From Gemmatimonadota bacterium (GTDB lineage: Bacteria > Gemmatimonadota > Gemmatimonadetes > Gemmatimonadales > GWC2-71-9), in contig JBDHDE010000073.1 of the NCBI GenBank assembly GCA_039591655.1, forward strand, positions 1 to 27,873: a stretch of 27,873 bases of DNA, written 5' to 3'. Shown one piece after another: positions 7,681 through 17,615 of this stretch (position 1 is the stretch's first letter; each line of letters opens with the position of its first letter). Position numbers and translations under genes: made by a program. The notes under the pieces are model-generated. The model worked only from the letters and a program-made list of their open reading frames with translations. It made no database searches and was not told where the DNA came from.

Positions 7681-8433
7681 CTAGCCCTTCCGTTTCGCCT
7701 GATTCGCCACCGCCTGCTGGGCCGCCTTCACCTTTTCGGGATCGCCCAGGTAGTAGCTGCGGATAGGCGTGAGGTCGTCGTCCTTCAGCTCGTAGACCAG
7801 GGGTATCCCCGTGGGGATGTTGAGCCCCACGATCTCCTCTTCGGAGATGTCGTCCAGGTATTTCACCAGCGCCCGCAGGCTGTTGCCGTGGGCCGAGATC
7901 AGGACCCGCGTCCCCGACCGCACTACCGGGGCAATGGTCTCATGCCAGTAGGGGAGCATCCGCTCCACCGTGTCCTTGAGGCACTCGGTGAGTGGCACCT
8001 CGTCTCCGGTAAGATCCGAATAGCGGGGGTCGTGCCCCGGCCAGCGCTCGTCGTCCTTGGTGAGCGCGGGCGGACGGAGGTCGTAGCTCCGCCGCCAGAG
8101 CTTCACCTGGTCCTGACCGTGCTGCTCCGCCGTCTCCGCCTTGTTGAGTCCCTGGAGCGCTCCGTAGTGCCGCTCGTTGAGGCGCCAGGAGTTGATGACG
8201 GGGATCCACATCAGGTCCATCTCCTCCAGCGTGAGCCACAGCGTCTTGACGGCCCGCTTGAGGACGGACGTGTAGGCCAGGTCGAAGGTAAAGCCCTCCC
8301 GCTTGAGGACCTGCCCGGCCTCGATGGCCTCGCGGATTCCCTTCTCCGTGAGGCCCACGTCGGTCCACCCGGTGAACCGGTTCTCCTTGTTCCAGGTGCT
8401 CTCGCCGTGGCGCTGGAGGACGAGCTGTTTCAT
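7681..8433 (-). CDS. gpmA: 2,3-bisphosphoglycerate-dependent phosphoglycerate mutase
   Basis: '[19 protein letters not shown]', '[14 protein letters not shown]', 'AHGNSLRAL', '[13 protein letters not shown]'; 250 aa. Confidence 0.98.
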   Translation of the reverse strand: MKQLVLQRHGESTWNKENRFTGWTDVGLTEKGIREAIEAGQVLKREGFTFDLAYTSVLKRAVKTLWLTLEEMDLMWIPVINSWRLNERHYGALQGLNKAETAEQHGQDQVKLWRRSYDLRPPALTKDDERWPGHDPRYSDLTGDEVPLTECLKDTVERMLPYWHETIAPVVRSGTRVLISAHGNSLRALVKYLDDISEEEIVGLNIPTGIPLVYELKDDDLTPIRSYYLGDPEKVKAAQQAVANQAKRKG

Positions 8434-8679
8434 TGGGCTGTGTCCTTTCGCTCAGCCCCGCGGCGCCGGTATGCCCCCCACAGCCCGGGCCTCGAGGTCA
8501 CTCGTGGCGTTGTAACGCATTGAAGTAACTGAGGTTACGAGCCTACGTCAAGCGTCGCCCTGGGCCTAGCCGCCGGGTGCACGCCAGAGCCGGAACCGCT
8601 CAGAACCAGACACCGTTAGCGGAGGGTCGGCAGGCGGGACTGGCTCGATCAGGCCCCGGGAATCCAGCCGGCCGGCCAA

Positions 8680-8713
8680 TGCAACCTTTTGATGCCCTTC
8701 CGGCGTCTAATAG
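8680..8713 (+). promoter_or_regulatory. ECF-sigma-type promoter motif upstream of DUF5916 gene 1
   Basis: TGCAACCTTT-N15-GTCTAATAG, repeated with identical spacing at 11638-11671. Confidence 0.7.
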
Positions 8714-8796
8714 CACACGGAACCCTCAAGGCCTCCGGGGGATCCGCAGAGGTCCGAAAAGTGAACCCGTGCTCAGCCGCAACCCCGGAGGGTCCC

Positions 8797-11490
8797 GTGG
8801 CTTCGAAAGAACTCACTCCGATCCGAGGTCCGACCACCCCCACCTGTAGCATGGCGGCGCGCGTCCTGTCGAGCGCCGCCGGATTGCTGTTGTTGCTCGG
8901 CGCCGCCGTGCCGGCGCGAGCGCAGAACTCCTCGGACGCCGTCAGCTCGCGGGTGGCACCGCCCCCCGCAGTAGCAATCCGGGCCAACCCCCACGCCCCC
9001 AACATCGACGGCAAGCTGGACGACGAGGCCTGGCAGTCGGCCCAAGTGATCACCGGGTTCGTTCAGCGGGACCCCGACGAGGGCGAGCCGGGAACCGAGC
9101 GCACCGAGGCGCGGGTGCTCTACACCAACGCTGCGCTGTTCGTGGCCGTCCGCGCCCACGACTCTCAGGCGGACAGGATTGCCGGTAACCTGACACGCCG
9201 GGACGAGTGGTCGCCATCGGACTGGATCGGCATCGGCATCGACTCGTACCGCGACCGGCGCACGGCGTTCTACTTCTCGGTGAACGCCGCCGGTGTGAAG
9301 CGCGACGTCTACTACTACAACGACAACTGGCAGGACGACTCCTGGAACGCGGTGTGGGACGTGGCCGTCTCCCGCGACCCCGAGGGGTGGACCGCCGAGT
9401 TCCGCATCCCGTTCAGCCAGCTCCGCTTCGCCGCCGACCAGGACCAGTTCGGCTTCAATATCTACCGCCGCATCAACCGGCGGGCCGAGGAACAATGGTG
9501 GCGGCTGCCGCCCAAGGACGAGTCCGGCATGGTCTCGCAGTACGGCGACCTGGTGGGCTTGCAGGGCCTCAAGCCGCCGCGGCGTGTGGAGATCATCCCG
9601 TACGTCTCGGGCACGAACATCCAGTCACAGGCCGTCCCCGGTGACCCGTTCAACACCGGCCAGGACCGCTACGGCGCGGCGGGATTCGACCTCAACATGG
9701 GGATCACGTCGAACTTCACGCTGCAGGCGACGTTCAACCCCGACTTCGGCCAGGTGGAGGCAGACCCGGCCGTAGTGAACCTCTCGGCGTTCGAGACGTT
9801 CTTCCCCGAGAAGCGGCCCTTCTTCATCGAGGGCCAGGACGTGTTCAGCTTCCGGCTGGGCCACAGGGAGCAGCTGTTCTACACCCGGCGCATCGGCCGC
9901 CGGCCCCAGGGCGAAGCCGATCCACGCGACGGCTATGCCGAATCGGTCCTGTGGACCACGATCCTCGGCGCAGCCAAGCTGTCGGGCAAGACGCAGAGCG
10001 GCTGGACCCTGGGCTTCACCGGCGCCGTCACGGCCGAGGAAGAGGCCAAGGTCATCGACGGCGACGGCAACCCCCACGAGGACATCGTGGAGCCCCGGTC
10101 GTACTACGGCGTGCTCCGCGTTTCCAAGGACCTGCGGGGCGGCCAGACGCAGGTGGGCATGTTCGGCACCGCGATGCACCGCAGCTTGACACCCGACCTC
10201 CAGTGGTTGCGGAGCGATGCCTACACCCTGGGGCTCAACTTCGAGCATCGCTTCCTGAACGACGGCTACTCAATCAACGGTTACGTGGTGGGGAGCAACG
10301 TGCGGGGATCCCAGGAGGCGATCACGGAGACCCAACTGAACTCGACGCACTACTACCAGAGGCCCGACGCCGACTACCTGACCTTCGATTCCACGCGGAC
10401 GTCGCTCTCGGGCATGTCCGCGGACCTGACCTTCGAGAAGCGCTCCGGCAACTGGCGCGGGGCCATCGGCGGCACCACCCGGTCACCCGGCCTCGAAGTG
10501 AACGACGTGGGCTTCCAGCAGAACGCCGACTATTGGAACCAGTGGGCCTGGGTACAGCGCCGCTGGGTCCAGCCGGGCAAGGTGTTCCGCCGCTTCTACC
10601 TCAACTTCAACCAGTGGTCCAACTGGAACTACGGGTGGGACCGGGTGAACACCGGCGCCAACTTCAATTTCAACTATACCTTCCTCAACTACTGGGGCGG
10701 GTACGCTGGGATGAGCCGTAATCTCGGCGGCTTGAGCGGCACGGCGCTGCGGGGCGGCCCCGGGTTCATCACCCCCAACCGGACCAACGCCTGGTTTGGG
10801 TGGTGGACCGACGGCCGCAAGCCGCTGCGAGGGGAGATCGAGTTCTGGGGCGGCAAGGAGGACGAGAGCGGCGGCTGGAACTGGGGCACCGAGTTGGAGT
10901 TGGCGTGGCGCCCCCTGAGCAACCTGGATCTGAGCGTGGCACCGGGCCTCAGTAAGCGGTTCAACTCCTGGCAGTACCTCCAGGAAGACGAGGCGCTGGG
11001 CGAGACCCGCTACGTATTCGGCGAGATCCACCAGACGACCACCAGCATGACGTTCCGGGGCAGCCTCACGTTCACCCCCAACATCTCGCTGCAGATCTAC
11101 GCCGAGCCGTTCATTTCTTCGGGGAACTACGTGGGCTACCGGGAGGTGGACGACCCCCGAGGAGAGACATTCGCCGACCGGTTCACCGACTACACGGACG
11201 ACCAGGTCTTTGAGGAGGACGGGGAGTTCTTCGTGGACCTGGACGGGAACGGCGAGGCCGACATCGAGCTGGACAACCCGAACTTCACGTTCCTGTCGTT
11301 CCGCTCCAACGTGGTACTGCGTTGGGAGTACGTGCTGGGTTCCACCATTTTCCTGGTGTGGCAGCACGGTAGGGAGGACGACACCAGCGACGGCACCTTC
11401 CCGGGCGCCGGCCGGGGGCTGAGCCAGATTTTCGACGCGCCGGGCAACAACATGTTCGTGGTGAAGGTGACCTACTGGCTGAGCTTGTAG
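8797..11490 (+). CDS. DUF5916-family outer-membrane protein with N-terminal CBM9-like domain (paralogue 1)
   Basis: 'PNIDGKLDDEAW', 'GWTAEFRIPFSQLRF', 'TFNPDFGQVEADPAVVNLSAFETFFPEKRPFFIEG', 'LFYTRRIG', C-terminal 'VKVTYWLSL'; signal peptide ending ARA-Q. GTG 8797 follows GGAGG; ATG 8851 is an alternative start. Confidence 0.88.
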   Translation: MASKELTPIRGPTTPTCSMAARVLSSAAGLLLLLGAAVPARAQNSSDAVSSRVAPPPAVAIRANPHAPNIDGKLDDEAWQSAQVITGFVQRDPDEGEPGTERTEARVLYTNAALFVAVRAHDSQADRIAGNLTRRDEWSPSDWIGIGIDSYRDRRTAFYFSVNAAGVKRDVYYYNDNWQDDSWNAVWDVAVSRDPEGWTAEFRIPFSQLRFAADQDQFGFNIYRRINRRAEEQWWRLPPKDESGMVSQYGDLVGLQGLKPPRRVEIIPYVSGTNIQSQAVPGDPFNTGQDRYGAAGFDLNMGITSNFTLQATFNPDFGQVEADPAVVNLSAFETFFPEKRPFFIEGQDVFSFRLGHREQLFYTRRIGRRPQGEADPRDGYAESVLWTTILGAAKLSGKTQSGWTLGFTGAVTAEEEAKVIDGDGNPHEDIVEPRSYYGVLRVSKDLRGGQTQVGMFGTAMHRSLTPDLQWLRSDAYTLGLNFEHRFLNDGYSINGYVVGSNVRGSQEAITETQLNSTHYYQRPDADYLTFDSTRTSLSGMSADLTFEKRSGNWRGAIGGTTRSPGLEVNDVGFQQNADYWNQWAWVQRRWVQPGKVFRRFYLNFNQWSNWNYGWDRVNTGANFNFNYTFLNYWGGYAGMSRNLGGLSGTALRGGPGFITPNRTNAWFGWWTDGRKPLRGEIEFWGGKEDESGGWNWGTELELAWRPLSNLDLSVAPGLSKRFNSWQYLQEDEALGETRYVFGEIHQTTTSMTFRGSLTFTPNISLQIYAEPFISSGNYVGYREVDDPRGETFADRFTDYTDDQVFEEDGEFFVDLDGNGEADIELDNPNFTFLSFRSNVVLRWEYVLGSTIFLVWQHGREDDTSDGTFPGAGRGLSQIFDAPGNNMFVVKVTYWLSL

Positions 11491-11532
11491 TCGTCTGGCA
11501 TGCCAGGCGTATCGCCCTTGGTGGGGCGCAGG

Positions 11533-11565
11533 CGGCGGGCCGGGTTTCCGGCCCGCCGTTTTCTT
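11533..11565 (+). terminator. Rho-independent terminator after DUF5916 gene 1
   Basis: CGGCGGGCCGG-gttt-CCGGCCCGCCG perfect 11-bp stem followed by TTTTCTT. Confidence 0.85.
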
Positions 11566-11637
11566 GTAGGTCCCGCGCCGGGGCCCCTTCCGATCACCAT
11601 AAACGACGGATACACTAGGGTTTTAGCGACTGGGGCG

Positions 11638-11671
11638 TGCAACCTTTGCCCCACACGTACGGGTCTAATAG
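11638..11671 (+). promoter_or_regulatory. ECF-sigma-type promoter motif upstream of DUF5916 gene 2
   Basis: TGCAACCTTT-N15-GTCTAATAG, same boxes and spacing as 8680-8713. Confidence 0.7.
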
Positions 11672-11741
11672 AGAAACCCCGACCCCCCTGCTCCGTAGGG
11701 GCTTACGGAGCCTGAGCGGCACTTCGGCTGGGGGTGCTCCC

Positions 11742-14444
11742 ATGGGTTGTCGCCCTCCGACAACCAACAACTCGAGCGCGCGACACGGCCGCCTGATGCT
11801 GAACGGCGGGCTGATGGTGGCGCTCTGCGTCGCACCCATAACGACGGGCGCAGCCCAACAGGCCTCCTCCGGCCAGGCCACCAACGGCCGCCCTGCGACA
11901 GAGCGGTCGGAAGTAGCCCTGGCCATCCGGGCCGTACCCGGGCCCCCGCACGTGGACGGCCGGCTGGACGACCCCGTGTGGCGCACGGCTCCGGCGTTCG
12001 GCGGCTTCGTCCAGCAGGACCCCAACGAGGGAGAGCCGGCCACCGAGCCCACCGAGTTCTGGGTCACCTACACCGACGACGCGCTCTACGTCGCGATTCG
12101 CGCCTGGGACTCCAAGCCTGATGAGATCAGCGCGCAGCTCACGCGGCGCGACGAGGACTCCCCGTCCGACTGGCTCCTCGTGGCGATCGACTCCTACCGC
12201 GACCGCCGCACGGCCTTCGTGTTCTCCGTGAACCCTGCTGGGGTGAAGCAGGACTTCTACCTGTTCAACGACAACGAAGACGACGAGACCTGGGACGCCG
12301 TGTGGGAGGTGAAGTGCAGCATCGACTCCCTGGGCTGGACGGCGGAGTTCCGCATCCCGTTCAGCCAGCTGCGGTTTTCCAAGGCAGAGGAGCAGGTGTT
12401 CGGGTTCCAGGTGGCTCGCGAGCTCAATCGGCTCAACGAGGAGACCCACTGGAAGCTGATGCCCCGGGAGGAGTCCGGGGTGGTCTCCCTATTCGGCGAC
12501 CTGGAGGGAATCCGGGGCATCGACCCGCCCCGCCGAGCCGAGTTCCTGCCGTACGTGGCCGGCTTGGGGGCGTGGAACGAAGCGGAGGAAGGCAACCCGT
12601 TCCGCACCGGCCGCGAGCGCGACGTGGAGGCCGGGCTGGACCTCAACGTAGGGGTCACGTCAAACCTCACCCTCTCGGCCACGGTCAACCCCGACTTCGG
12701 CCAGGTCGAGGCGGACCCCGCAGTAGTGAACCTCTCCCAGTTCGAGACGTTCTTCCCCGAGAAGCGCCCCTTCTTCAACGAGGGGCTGGACATCTTCCGG
12801 TTCCCCCTCAACGGCGGCAGCGAGCAGCTGTTCTACACGCGCCGCATCGGGCGCCCGCCGCAAGGGGAGGCCGATGAGCGCGGCGGCTACAGCAAGGCGC
12901 CCACCGTGACCACGATCCTCGCGGCGGCCAAGTTCTCCGGCAAGACCTCGTCCGGCTGGACTATCGGCCTGCTCGATGCGTTCACCACGGAGGAGGAAGC
13001 CAAGGTCATAGACTCGCTGGGCAACGTCCACCACGACCCGGTCGAGCCGCGCACCAACTACTTCGTGGGACGGCTCGCAAAGGACTACCGCGACGGGCTC
13101 ACGCAGCTGGGCCTCTTCGGCACGGCGGTGAACCGCTCCCTGCCCGAGAACCTGCAGTGGCTCCGCAGCGCGGCGTACTCGCTGGGCGGGGACTGGAGCC
13201 ACCGGTGGGCCGAAGACATGTGGGGCGTGAGCGGCTGGGCCGTCGGAAGCCACGTGCGGGGATCGGAGGAGGCGATCGACGAGACCCAGCTCTCCTCGGC
13301 CCGCTACTACCAGCGGCCCGACAACTCTCACGTGACGTACGACCCGACGCGGACCTCGCTGACCGGATTCGCAGGCCGGGCGATTATCGAGAAGCGGCGG
13401 GGTGACTGGCGCGGCGCCACTGGGTTCGACACACGCTCCCCCGGCTTCGAGGCGAACGATGGCGGCTTCATGCGGGATGCCGACCGCACCGTCCAGTTCC
13501 TCTGGATCCAGCGCCGCTGGCTGGAGCCCGGCAAGCTGTTCCGGCGTGCCTGGCTCAACTTCAACCAGCACTCGGTGTGGACGTACGGGTGGGAGCGCAC
13601 CGGGTTGGGCGGCAACGTCAACGGCTCCTGGCAGTTCCTCAACTACTGGGGCGGCAATCTTGGGTTGGAGTTCAACGCCGAGAACCTCGGCACCGGCGCG
13701 CTGCGGGGTGGTCCGGCGTTCCTCCGCCCGGTTACCGTGGCGGGCTGGGGCGGCTTCTACACCGACGACCGCAAGCCACTGCGCGTCAGCATGCACGGCT
13801 TCTTCTTGTTGCAGCCCGCCAGCGACACCTGGGCCTACGAGCTGACGCTGCCGCTCACCTGGCGCGCAGCGTCGAACATAGACATCACGCTCGCGCCACG
13901 ATACTTCCGCAACTACGACAGCTGGCAGTACCTGCAGCAGGACGTGGTAGCGGACTCCACGCATTACATCTTCGGCATGTTGAACCTGAACCAGGCTTCG
14001 GCGACGATTCGCATGAACTGGACATTCACGCCGAACCTCTCGCTGCAGATCTACGCCGAGCCGTTCGTGTCGGTCGGTGACTACGTGGGGCTGCGGGACG
14101 TGCTCGACCCGCGTGGCGAGTCCTTCGAAGATCGGTTCCGCGACTTCACCGACGACGACCTGATCCTCAACGAAGATGGGGACATCCTCATCGACCTCGA
14201 CGGCAATGGCCAGGGCGACATCAATGTCGGCCAGCCCGATTTCGAGGTGCTCTCGTTCCGCTCCAACGTCGTGCTGCGATGGGAGTACATCCTGGGTTCC
14301 ACCATCTTCCTGGTGTGGCAGCACGGGCGGGCCGACGTGACGGACAACGATCAGTTCCAGGTGTGGGATGGGATCCAGGGCATGTTCCGGCTCCCCGCCG
14401 AGAACGTGTTCATGGTGAAGGTCAACTACTGGCTCAGCCTCTGA
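11742..14444 (+). CDS. DUF5916-family outer-membrane protein with N-terminal CBM9-like domain (paralogue 2)
   Basis: Same motifs as paralogue 1 along the whole length ('NPDFGQVEADPAVVNLSQFETFFPEKRPFF', 'FRSNVVLRWEY', 'VKVNYWLSL'). Start uncertain (11742 or 11796). Confidence 0.88.
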   Translation: MGCRPPTTNNSSARHGRLMLNGGLMVALCVAPITTGAAQQASSGQATNGRPATERSEVALAIRAVPGPPHVDGRLDDPVWRTAPAFGGFVQQDPNEGEPATEPTEFWVTYTDDALYVAIRAWDSKPDEISAQLTRRDEDSPSDWLLVAIDSYRDRRTAFVFSVNPAGVKQDFYLFNDNEDDETWDAVWEVKCSIDSLGWTAEFRIPFSQLRFSKAEEQVFGFQVARELNRLNEETHWKLMPREESGVVSLFGDLEGIRGIDPPRRAEFLPYVAGLGAWNEAEEGNPFRTGRERDVEAGLDLNVGVTSNLTLSATVNPDFGQVEADPAVVNLSQFETFFPEKRPFFNEGLDIFRFPLNGGSEQLFYTRRIGRPPQGEADERGGYSKAPTVTTILAAAKFSGKTSSGWTIGLLDAFTTEEEAKVIDSLGNVHHDPVEPRTNYFVGRLAKDYRDGLTQLGLFGTAVNRSLPENLQWLRSAAYSLGGDWSHRWAEDMWGVSGWAVGSHVRGSEEAIDETQLSSARYYQRPDNSHVTYDPTRTSLTGFAGRAIIEKRRGDWRGATGFDTRSPGFEANDGGFMRDADRTVQFLWIQRRWLEPGKLFRRAWLNFNQHSVWTYGWERTGLGGNVNGSWQFLNYWGGNLGLEFNAENLGTGALRGGPAFLRPVTVAGWGGFYTDDRKPLRVSMHGFFLLQPASDTWAYELTLPLTWRAASNIDITLAPRYFRNYDSWQYLQQDVVADSTHYIFGMLNLNQASATIRMNWTFTPNLSLQIYAEPFVSVGDYVGLRDVLDPRGESFEDRFRDFTDDDLILNEDGDILIDLDGNGQGDINVGQPDFEVLSFRSNVVLRWEYILGSTIFLVWQHGRADVTDNDQFQVWDGIQGMFRLPAENVFMVKVNYWLSL

Positions 14445-14491
14445 CGGTCCCCCTAAACTTGCGCGCCGGCCCCCGCGCACGATCTTGAACC

Positions 14492-15067
14492 GTGCTCGAC
14501 GCCGTCGTGCAGTTCATCGAGTCCTCCGGCGCCTGGATGTACCTCCTGGCGCCCCTGTTCATGATCGTGGTGGCGATTCTCCCCATCCCGGCGGAGATCC
14601 CTGCGATGCTCAACGGGATGATCTTCGGCGCCACCCTGGGAACCGGTATCACCTGGAGCGGGGCGCTGATCGGGGCCATCGTGAGCTTCGAGCTGGCGCG
14701 GCGCTTCGGACGGCCCCTGGCCCAGCGGTTCGTTTCTCCGCAGGCCCTGGCCAAGGCCGATCGCGCCGTGTGCTCCGCGGGGTGGCCCGGGCTCCTCACC
14801 CTGCGGCTCATCCCCACGGTGGCGTTCACGATGGTGAACTGGGCCGCGGGCTTCACGCCGATCCGCCGCTGGACGTTCTGCTGGACCACCGCCGTTGGGA
14901 TCATCCCAGGCGCCATCGTGTTCACCATGACGGGCACGGGACTCGGCGCCCTGTACCGCCGCAACCCGGAGCTCGGCGTGGTGCTTGTCGCCCTCGCCCT
15001 GGCGGTGCTGGTCTGGACCGTGGCGCGCTACCGCACGAGCGCCGGCCGGCGGTCGTTGACTACCTGA
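14492..15067 (+). CDS. TVP38/TMEM64 (VTT domain, DedA superfamily) membrane protein
   Basis: 'ILPIPAEIPAMLNGMIFG', 'GAIVSFELARRFGRP', 'LRLIPTVAFTMVNWAAG', 'TAVGIIPG'. Confidence 0.9.
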   Translation: MLDAVVQFIESSGAWMYLLAPLFMIVVAILPIPAEIPAMLNGMIFGATLGTGITWSGALIGAIVSFELARRFGRPLAQRFVSPQALAKADRAVCSAGWPGLLTLRLIPTVAFTMVNWAAGFTPIRRWTFCWTTAVGIIPGAIVFTMTGTGLGALYRRNPELGVVLVALALAVLVWTVARYRTSAGRRSLTT

Positions 15068-15137
15068 TCTGTGCGGGCGCCACCAGGCGACCGAACGCCA
15101 CAGCGGACTCACACGCATCGGCCCTCGAAGGCACACC

Positions 15138-17615
15138 ATGATCACGCTCGACCACCGCACCCCACTCCACCTCCCCGAGCTCCACCTGTTCGAGAACGAC
15201 GGCATCTCCTACGCCGTCGACGCCGCCGCACCCAACTGGGTGGCGGTGGACGGCCGGGGGCGTGAACTGCTGGACGCGATGGGGAGCAGACCCGGTGGCA
15301 TCACCATGGGAGCTCTCGTGGCGCAGCACGCAGCAAGGCACGGCCTGGACGGCGCGAAGGCCTGGGTGCACGTCCATGACTTCCTGGCGGCATTGGCCCG
15401 CACGGGCATGCTCGACGACCGGCCGGCGGAGCCGGAGCCCTATCCCGGCCGGGCCGCTTTGATCGCCCCCGACGGCCTACGGGAGTTGTGGATCCAGGTG
15501 AACAACGCCTGCAACCTCACCTGCACCCATTGCCTGGTCTCGTCGGGACCGGGCAAGGAACCGGGCCTGCCCCACGAGCACCTCCGCTCCCTAGTGGACC
15601 GCGCCGTCGAGTTGGGGTTGGAGCGGCTCTACGTGACGGGCGGCGAGCCGTTCGTGCGGAAGGACATCTTCGAACTGCTGGGGCACGCCACCGAGACCCA
15701 CGGACTGGAAACCATCGTTCTCACCAACGCCACCGTCCTGCAGGGACCGATCGAGGCGAGGCTGAGTACGCTGGATCCCACCCTGGTGCGCTTCCAGGTG
15801 TCGCTGGACGGCGCGCGCCCCGAGACCAATGACGGGATCCGGGGTGCCGGCACCTTCGCGAAGGCCCTGGATGGCGCCCGGCTGCTGGCGGACCGGGGGT
15901 TCGACGTCTCGCTGTCCACCGTGGTGGCGGAGCAGAATCTGTCGGAGCTGCCGGACCTCCCGGCGCTGGCACGGTCGGTCGGGGCCAAGAGCCAGCACCT
16001 CATGTGGGCTCACAAGCGTGGCCGGGCCGCGGTGAGTGGCAACGGCTTCTTCCCGCAGGTGGGACCGATCATCGAGGCCGTCATGCGCACCGCGGCGGCC
16101 GCCGAGGAGCACGGCGTCACCCTCGACAATCTGGAGGCCGTCAAGCGCCGGGTGAACGGAGTGCCGGGGGTGAAGTACGACCTCGGCAATGGCGGCTGGG
16201 ATTCGCTGGGGGTCTACGTGGATGGGCGGGTCTATCCCACGGCGGCCCTGGTGAACGAGCCGGCGCTGCTGTGCGGAGATACCGGCGCGCAGGACATCGA
16301 GCATATCCTGGCGACCTCGCCCGTCATCCGCCGGCTGCGCGAGGCGAGCCTCGTGAAGCGCCAGGAGGCTGAGCGCGACCCATTCCGCTTCCTCACCGGA
16401 GGTGGCGATTGGGAGCACGCCTTCTGGTCCACGGGGGACCCGCTGGGACTGGATCCCTACTACCCCGTCGTGCTGCACTTGGTAAAGCACGTGATGACCA
16501 CGCTGGGCAGGGAGAAGCTCGCACGGCGCAACTTGAGATCCGGCTACGACACCCCACTGGTGCTCCACGCCATGGGCGAGGGGGCCGTCGCCTGCGGTAC
16601 CGCCGACGGGGCGGCTGCCGAGCAGCCCGTGCTCACGCTGCACTCCAACTGCGTGCTCTCCTTCGACGTGGACATACCGCGGGCCAAGATGCGGGAGTTC
16701 TACGGCGCGGCCGCGGAGCAGCCCCAGATGGAGCTCTGCTGCCCCACGAAGTACGACGACGCGGCCGTGGCCCACATTCCCCAGGACGTGCTGGACCGGT
16801 TCTACGGCTGCGGCTCACCCATGGCCCGCGCCGACATCCGCCCAGGGGAGACCGTGGTGGACCTCGGGTGTGGGGCCGGGATCGATGTCTTCATCGCCGC
16901 CAAGCTCGTGGGCCCGAGCGGGAAGGTCATCGGCGTGGACATGACCGAGCAGATGCTCGCTGTGGCCCGGGAGAATCAGCCCAGGGTGGCAGCCGCCCTC
17001 GGCTGGGACGCGGCAGACTTTCGCAAGGGCTTCCTCGAGGAGATCCCGGTCCTCGACCGGTCAGTGGACCTCGTGACCTCCAACTGCGTGGTGAACCTCT
17101 CACCCGACAAGCCCCGGGTGTTCGACGAGGTTTGGCGGGTGCTGAAGGACCACGGCCGCATCGTGATCTCGGACATCGTGAGCGAGCGGGATGTGCCGCC
17201 CCATCTCAGGGTGAACCCCCAGCTGTGGGGCGAGTGCCTGGCGGGAGCGCTCACGCAAGAGGAGTTCTTGGCACGGCTCGAGCGCGCGGGGTTCTACGGC
17301 CTCTCCCTACTCTCCCGCACCTACTGGAAGGACGTGGAGGGCTATTCCTTCTATTCAGTGACCGTCCGGGGGTTCAAGTACGAGAAGCGGGACGGTTGCG
17401 TCTACCAGGGTCACCGGGCCGTCTACCTGGGCCCCGGGAAGGCGTTCCTGGATGAGGAGGGTCATCTCTTCCCGCGCAACGAGCCCTACGAGGTATGCAC
17501 GGACACCGTGGCCAAGCTACGACGCTCCCCGTACGACGGGATGTTCGCCGTGCTGGATCCGGGGGAGGATCACGCAAGCTACGCCTGCTGCGGGCCCGAC
17601 GGCGACTGCTGCTGA
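15138..17615 (+). CDS. Fusion protein: PqqD/RRE-like N-terminus, radical SAM core, Cys-less SPASM-like domain and ArsM/AS3MT-like SAM methyltransferase with Cys-rich tail
   Basis: CNLTCTHC (C125/C129/C132), 'TGGEPF', 'LTNAT', 'QVSLDG'; then 'LCCP', 'FYGCGSP', '[11 protein letters not shown]', 'IGVDMT', '[11 protein letters not shown]', '[10 protein letters not shown]'; C-terminal '[10 protein letters not shown]'. Confidence 0.9.
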   Translation: MITLDHRTPLHLPELHLFENDGISYAVDAAAPNWVAVDGRGRELLDAMGSRPGGITMGALVAQHAARHGLDGAKAWVHVHDFLAALARTGMLDDRPAEPEPYPGRAALIAPDGLRELWIQVNNACNLTCTHCLVSSGPGKEPGLPHEHLRSLVDRAVELGLERLYVTGGEPFVRKDIFELLGHATETHGLETIVLTNATVLQGPIEARLSTLDPTLVRFQVSLDGARPETNDGIRGAGTFAKALDGARLLADRGFDVSLSTVVAEQNLSELPDLPALARSVGAKSQHLMWAHKRGRAAVSGNGFFPQVGPIIEAVMRTAAAAEEHGVTLDNLEAVKRRVNGVPGVKYDLGNGGWDSLGVYVDGRVYPTAALVNEPALLCGDTGAQDIEHILATSPVIRRLREASLVKRQEAERDPFRFLTGGGDWEHAFWSTGDPLGLDPYYPVVLHLVKHVMTTLGREKLARRNLRSGYDTPLVLHAMGEGAVACGTADGAAAEQPVLTLHSNCVLSFDVDIPRAKMREFYGAAAEQPQMELCCPTKYDDAAVAHIPQDVLDRFYGCGSPMARADIRPGETVVDLGCGAGIDVFIAAKLVGPSGKVIGVDMTEQMLAVARENQPRVAAALGWDAADFRKGFLEEIPVLDRSVDLVTSNCVVNLSPDKPRVFDEVWRVLKDHGRIVISDIVSERDVPPHLRVNPQLWGECLAGALTQEEFLARLERAGFYGLSLLSRTYWKDVEGYSFYSVTVRGFKYEKRDGCVYQGHRAVYLGPGKAFLDEEGHLFPRNEPYEVCTDTVAKLRRSPYDGMFAVLDPGEDHASYACCGPDGDCC

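Noticed and set aside
8523..8551. TTGACG-N17-TTACTT as the gpmA promoter
   Set aside because: The -10 match is too weak to list as a feature without transcription-start data.
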